From positions 1-32,000 of the forward strand of contig JAIRQE010000004.1 of assembly GCA_031256725.1 (NCBI GenBank): a stretch of 32,000 bases of DNA, read 5' to 3'. Below are positions 28,349 to 32,000 of this stretch, piece after piece. Position 1 is the stretch's first letter. Each line of letters opens with the position of its first letter. The notes beneath the pieces were generated by a model. It was not told where the DNA came from. It saw only the letters and a list, made by a program, of their open reading frames with translations, and did not search any database. The translations under genes and the position numbers were made by a program. The DNA comes from Propionibacteriaceae bacterium (lineage in GTDB: Bacteria; Actinomycetota; Actinomycetes; Propionibacteriales; Propionibacteriaceae).

Positions 28349-29548
28349 TTAGAGTTCCATGATAGCCGTGACCCTTATGCTCTCGGGCAGGTTGTTGAGT
28401 TCTGCCACAAGTTCCGCTTCACATGGTGAACCAAGATCGGTGACTGCATACCCCATCTGACCACGAGTGGCCAGTTGCTGGGTTTCCACATTGACTCCAT
28501 GGTCACCATAGATGGTGTTAACCTTGGCCAGTACCCCAGGAACATTGAGATGATGATGCAGTATCCGACAAACCCCTGAGGAGTCCATATGGATCTCTGG
28601 GCAATTGACGGACATAGTAGTTGTTCCATACTGGGCATAATCAATGAGTTTCCCAGCAACAAAACAACCGATATCCTCTTGGGCCTCCAGAGTTGATCCA
28701 CCAATATGCGGAGTCAAAATGAGGTTATCGATACCTTGAAGAACTGAAGAAAACTCATCGCCTGCATTCGGTGGCTCCTCAGGAAAGACATCAATCGCTG
28801 CGCCTGCAATATGTCCAGACAGCACAGCCTCACGCAAAGCCTCTTGATCGACCACTGTCCCACGACAGAGGTTGATGAGGAAGGACCGGGGCTTCATTGC
28901 TTGGATGTACTCCATACCAAAGAACCCCTTGTTGGAGGCACGCCCGTCAACGTGAAGGGAGACCACATCGGCGATAGAAATCAGTTCTTCGAGGCTTGAA
29001 CAGCGATAAGCATTACCCAGAGCAAGTTTGTCTGCAATGTCATAGAAGATCACACGCATACCAAGGGATTCTGCGAGAACTGATAGTTGTGAGCCGATGT
29101 TTCCATACCCAACGATCCCCAAGGTACGTCCCCGTACCTCATGAGCACCCTTGGCGGATTTCATCCAGATCCCCTTCTGCATCATCGTGTTCTGGTCTGT
29201 CAGATGACGTGCCAAGGCGATGATCTCACAGATCACCAATTCAACGACAGAACGGGTGTTAGAGAAGGGTGCGTTAAAGACCGGCAACCCGACATGGGTC
29301 GCACTCGAAACATCGATCTGGTTGGTACCAATGCAGAAAGCGCCCACAGCTTTCAAGTGGGGACACGCGTCAATGACCTCAGAAGTGACATGGGTACGAG
29401 AGCGAATCCCCAGAAGATCGATACCCTCAAGAGCGCCAATGAGATCGGACCCATCGAGGGCTCCCGCAAGGGAGGTCACCTCAATCCCACGACCTTTCAA
29501 GAGATCTGCGGCTGCATGATGAATGTTTTCTAAAAGTAGTGCCTTCAC
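28349..29548 (-). CDS. serA: D-3-phosphoglycerate dehydrogenase, short E. coli-type form with C-terminal ACT domain
   Basis: 399 aa. GIRSRTHVTSEVIDACPHLKAVGAFCIGTNQIDV...PVFNAPFSNTRSVVELV is collinear with E. coli SerA as recalled. NAD site is GYGNIGSQ. GTG start at 29548 without an SD. The stop lies 5 nt from the convergent hisN stop. Confidence 0.9.
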   Translation of the reverse strand: MKALLLENIHHAAADLLKGRGIEVTSLAGALDGSDLIGALEGIDLLGIRSRTHVTSEVIDACPHLKAVGAFCIGTNQIDVSSATHVGLPVFNAPFSNTRSVVELVICEIIALARHLTDQNTMMQKGIWMKSAKGAHEVRGRTLGIVGYGNIGSQLSVLAESLGMRVIFYDIADKLALGNAYRCSSLEELISIADVVSLHVDGRASNKGFFGMEYIQAMKPRSFLINLCRGTVVDQEALREAVLSGHIAGAAIDVFPEEPPNAGDEFSSVLQGIDNLILTPHIGGSTLEAQEDIGCFVAGKLIDYAQYGTTTMSVNCPEIHMDSSGVCRILHHHLNVPGVLAKVNTIYGDHGVNVETQQLATRGQMGYAVTDLGSPCEAELVAELNNLPESIRVTAIMEL

Positions 29549-29609
29549 GGAGGTCTATTGTGTTTCATTCCGAGGCGAAGCGCAATTCAGTTCCATAGTT
29601 CGGTCTGCG

Positions 29610-30395
29610 TCAACCCGATTCCTTGATACGAGGTACCGCATTAAGTAGCTCTTGAGTGTATTCCTGCTTGGGATGATTCATGACTTCTAGGACTTTTCCA
29701 GACTCCACAAGAATCCCTTGCTGGAGGACACCAACATGGTCGCAGGTGTGGCGTACAACTGCCAGATCATGGGTCACCATGATGAGAGTTAAGCCCATGG
29801 AATCCACCAAAGAGTTGAGAAGATTAAGAACATGAGCTCGAACACTGACATCCAGGGATGAGACTGGTTCATCAGCCAGAAGAATCCTAGGCCGTGGTGC
29901 TAACGCTCTGGCTAGAGCGATCCTTTGTCGCTGTCCCCCCGAGAATTCATGGGGGAAACGAGTTGCTGCATCCGGGGGTAAACCGACTGCATCCAAGACC
30001 TCACTAACCCGGGTTTCTGGGTTAGTTGGTACATCCACACGCCCTTTAAGAAGGGGGGAACGTAAGGGTTCCGAGATGATCTCAGAGATCCTCATTCTGG
30101 GATTCAGCGAGGAGCGCGGGTCCTGAAAAACCATTTGTACTGATGCTCGAAGTGATGCCATGGCTTCTCGATTAGCATGGTCAAGGTCACGACCGAGGAA
30201 GTGTACTACACCAGATGTGGGTCGGATGAGCCCTGCAAGGATCTTGAGTAAGCTGGTCTTTCCTGACCCAGACTCCCCCACGATCCCCCAACGCTCGTGC
30301 TCCCCAATATGAAGGGTGAGGCTCTCCAAGGCAGTCACCTTGCGGCGACGGCCTCCAAAAGCCATCGTGACATGATCCAAAGAATAGGCGGTCAT
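29610..30395 (-). CDS. peptide/nickel ABC transporter ATP-binding protein (DppF/OppF-like)
   Basis: 261 aa with Walker A GESGSGKTS, signature FSGGQRQR and Walker B ILLADEP. ATGA overlap with the upstream ATPase gene. Confidence 0.88.
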   Translation of the reverse strand: MTAYSLDHVTMAFGGRRRKVTALESLTLHIGEHERWGIVGESGSGKTSLLKILAGLIRPTSGVVHFLGRDLDHANREAMASLRASVQMVFQDPRSSLNPRMRISEIISEPLRSPLLKGRVDVPTNPETRVSEVLDAVGLPPDAATRFPHEFSGGQRQRIALARALAPRPRILLADEPVSSLDVSVRAHVLNLLNSLVDSMGLTLIMVTHDLAVVRHTCDHVGVLQQGILVESGKVLEVMNHPKQEYTQELLNAVPRIKESG

Positions 30396-31228
30396 TGTTC
30401 CTGCCTCGGATCGAAGAAGTCTTCAATGACGGGAAGACGTGTACCCGGTTCAACTGCGTCAATACTGGCTGTCGCCACGAGGCCAGCAGTGTACGGATGC
30501 TGAGGATTCATGAAGACTTGGGCAGCACTACCCCTCTCAACGATCTTTCCAGCATGGATGACAGCAACATCTGTACAGATTCTGGAAACAAGACCCAGAT
30601 CATGGGAAATGAATAAGCAGGCTGCGTTGACACCAGCAAGCTCCTCATCAAGTAGAGAGAGTACCTTCGCTTGTACTGTGGCATCAAGGGCAGTTGTGGG
30701 CTCATCGCAGATAACCATGGCCGGGTTGTTCATTAAGGCCATGGCGATGACCACCCTTTGGCGTTGACCACCAGAGAGTTCATGGGGATAGGCATCCGCG
30801 ATCCGTGAAGCATGATCAAGACCAACTCGGTCGAAGATCTGCTCAACACGTTGGCGAGTTGCCATGGTGGAGGTCTCACGGTGAAGCCCAATGAGTTCGG
30901 CAGCCTGGCGACCAACTTTCATGGTGGGATCCAAGGCTGTCATGGGTTCCTGGAAGACCATAGACAGATTCCGTCCACGAATAGCAGAGAAAACCCTATC
31001 AGTGAGTGCTGTAAGTTCCTGACCCTGAAAGACGATGGACCCTTCAACGTGGGCATTCTCGGGAAGGAGTCCCATGATTGCTGAGGCGAGTACAGTTTTC
31101 CCTGATCCCGATGCACCTACGAATCCTAAACGTTGTCCAGGTTCGAGACTCAGACATGCGTGGTCGAGTACTCTTGTTCGATGCCGACCAAAGGAGACAC
31201 TCAGATCTTTCACATCAAGAAGGCTCAT
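30392..31228 (-). CDS. peptide/nickel ABC transporter ATP-binding protein (DppD/OppD-like)
   Basis: 278 aa with Walker A GASGSGKTV, signature LSGGQRQR and Walker B VICDEP. The C-terminal HPYT motif belongs to the oligopeptide-family extension. Confidence 0.88.
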   Translation of the reverse strand: MSLLDVKDLSVSFGRHRTRVLDHACLSLEPGQRLGFVGASGSGKTVLASAIMGLLPENAHVEGSIVFQGQELTALTDRVFSAIRGRNLSMVFQEPMTALDPTMKVGRQAAELIGLHRETSTMATRQRVEQIFDRVGLDHASRIADAYPHELSGGQRQRVVIAMALMNNPAMVICDEPTTALDATVQAKVLSLLDEELAGVNAACLFISHDLGLVSRICTDVAVIHAGKIVERGSAAQVFMNPQHPYTAGLVATASIDAVEPGTRLPVIEDFFDPRQEQ

Positions 31229-32000
31229 CGTACCTCCTGGAGACGAGGATCAAGATAATCGCGTACACCATCACCAAGAAGGTTGAATCCCATCACGGCG
31301 ATAACGATGGCAATTCCGGGGATCACCGCCTGCATGGGTTGTGTTAGGAAGTTCGCATCCCTAAGCATCCGCCCCCACGTTGGTACAGTCTTGGGCGCAG
31401 AAAGCCCCAGATAGGCAAGCCCCGCCTCAGCCAGGATAGCCATAGAGAAGGAGGCTGCTGCCTGTACTCCTAAAAGGGGGGCTATATTCGGCAGGACGTG
31501 ACGTAACGCGATAACGGAAGTGGGGGTACCTGAGACTTGAGCAGCCAAGATATAGTCCTGGCTCATGACCGTCAAGGTGGAGGCACGAGCCATGCGTTGG
31601 AAAACCGGGATGGTGGCGATACCGATAGCGATTGAGGCCGTGGTCACCGAGGAACCCAGGGCTGAAGCCAAGAGGATGGCGAGAAGCAGGGCAGGAAGGG
31701 CGTACAGGATGTCCGAGCCGCGAGCAAGGATCTCACCAAGGGTTTTATGCCCCATGCCAACAAAGACTCCAAGAGGTACCCCGATAAGCGCAGCGATAGC
31801 GACAGCTAAGATTCCAACAAGGAGGGTAGTTTGAGCTCCCACCATGAGACGTGAAGCAGTATCCATTCCCAGGGCATCAGTTCCGAGAATATGGGGCCAT
31901 GTGAGGGAGCCATAACGAATCCCCGAGACTTTCGATGGATCGAAGGGGGTCCATACGAGTGAGACCAATGCGGCAAGAACAACGAGTCCCGAACCGATAA
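31225..32000 (-). CDS. peptide/nickel ABC transporter permease (DppC/OppC-like), 5' end outside the window
   Basis: Carries HILGTDALGMDTASRL and the EAA-loop region. The track start at 31968 is a TTG, but the frame stays open to nt 32000 and encodes more TM helix (..IGSGLVVLAALVSLVW..). The real start is therefore beyond the window. Confidence 0.85.
   Translation of the reverse strand, partial: IGSGLVVLAALVSLVWTPFDPSKVSGIRYGSLTWPHILGTDALGMDTASRLMVGAQTTLLVGILAVAIAALIGVPLGVFVGMGHKTLGEILARGSDILYALPALLLAILLASALGSSVTTASIAIGIATIPVFQRMARASTLTVMSQDYILAAQVSGTPTSVIALRHVLPNIAPLLGVQAAASFSMAILAEAGLAYLGLSAPKTVPTWGRMLRDANFLTQPMQAVIPGIAIVIAVMGFNLLGDGVRDYLDPRLQEVR

Noticed and set aside
29549-29609. GGAGG at 29549-29553 followed by GTG on the plus strand (12-codon ORF) between serA and the ABC ATPase gene
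   Set aside because: It is too short and has no conservation argument. The GGAGG sits on the wrong strand to serve as the serA SD, and is most likely coincidental.

Overview
This window is core chromosome of a moderate-GC member of the Actinomycetota. No tools were run: all calls rest on reading the sequence, on motifs, and on remembered homologues and synteny.

About 95% of the window is tightly packed housekeeping genes in three blocks.

- Block 1 (minus strand, 2261-17610) runs lysA, thrH-like, rho, rpmE, prfA, prmC, tsaC/sua5, wecA, a small membrane protein, then atpBEFHAGDC. This is the order I recall for M. tuberculosis Rv1293-Rv1311. The exception is that a single ThrH-type HAD gene sits where hom-thrC-thrB normally lie.
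- tRNA-Arg(CCG) and a fused E1/E2-type 2-oxoglutarate dehydrogenase (kgd/odhA-like) follow.
- Block 2 (21.7-27.4 kb) is whiB1, pdtaS, rshA, sigH, doxX-like, aroA, rsgA, matching Rv3219-Rv3228. It also holds a 24-codon ribosomal protein bL37 gene that is below the ORF-track cutoff.
- Block 3 is hisN, an E. coli-type serA, and the distal part of a dpp/opp-type peptide ABC transporter that runs off the right edge.

The only accessory-looking DNA is the left edge. Nt 1-335 is the 3' end of a Thr/Asn/Pro-rich gene written almost entirely in A and C, with codon usage unlike its neighbours. A 420-bp spacer follows, containing a 20-bp tandem duplication, and then a PPi-dependent phosphofructokinase gene.

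I found no CRISPR array, transposase, integrase, toxin-antitoxin pair, or recognisable defence or secondary-metabolite cluster. I cannot support a claim that a novel multi-gene system lies inside this window. The findings are individual oddities, scored accordingly.
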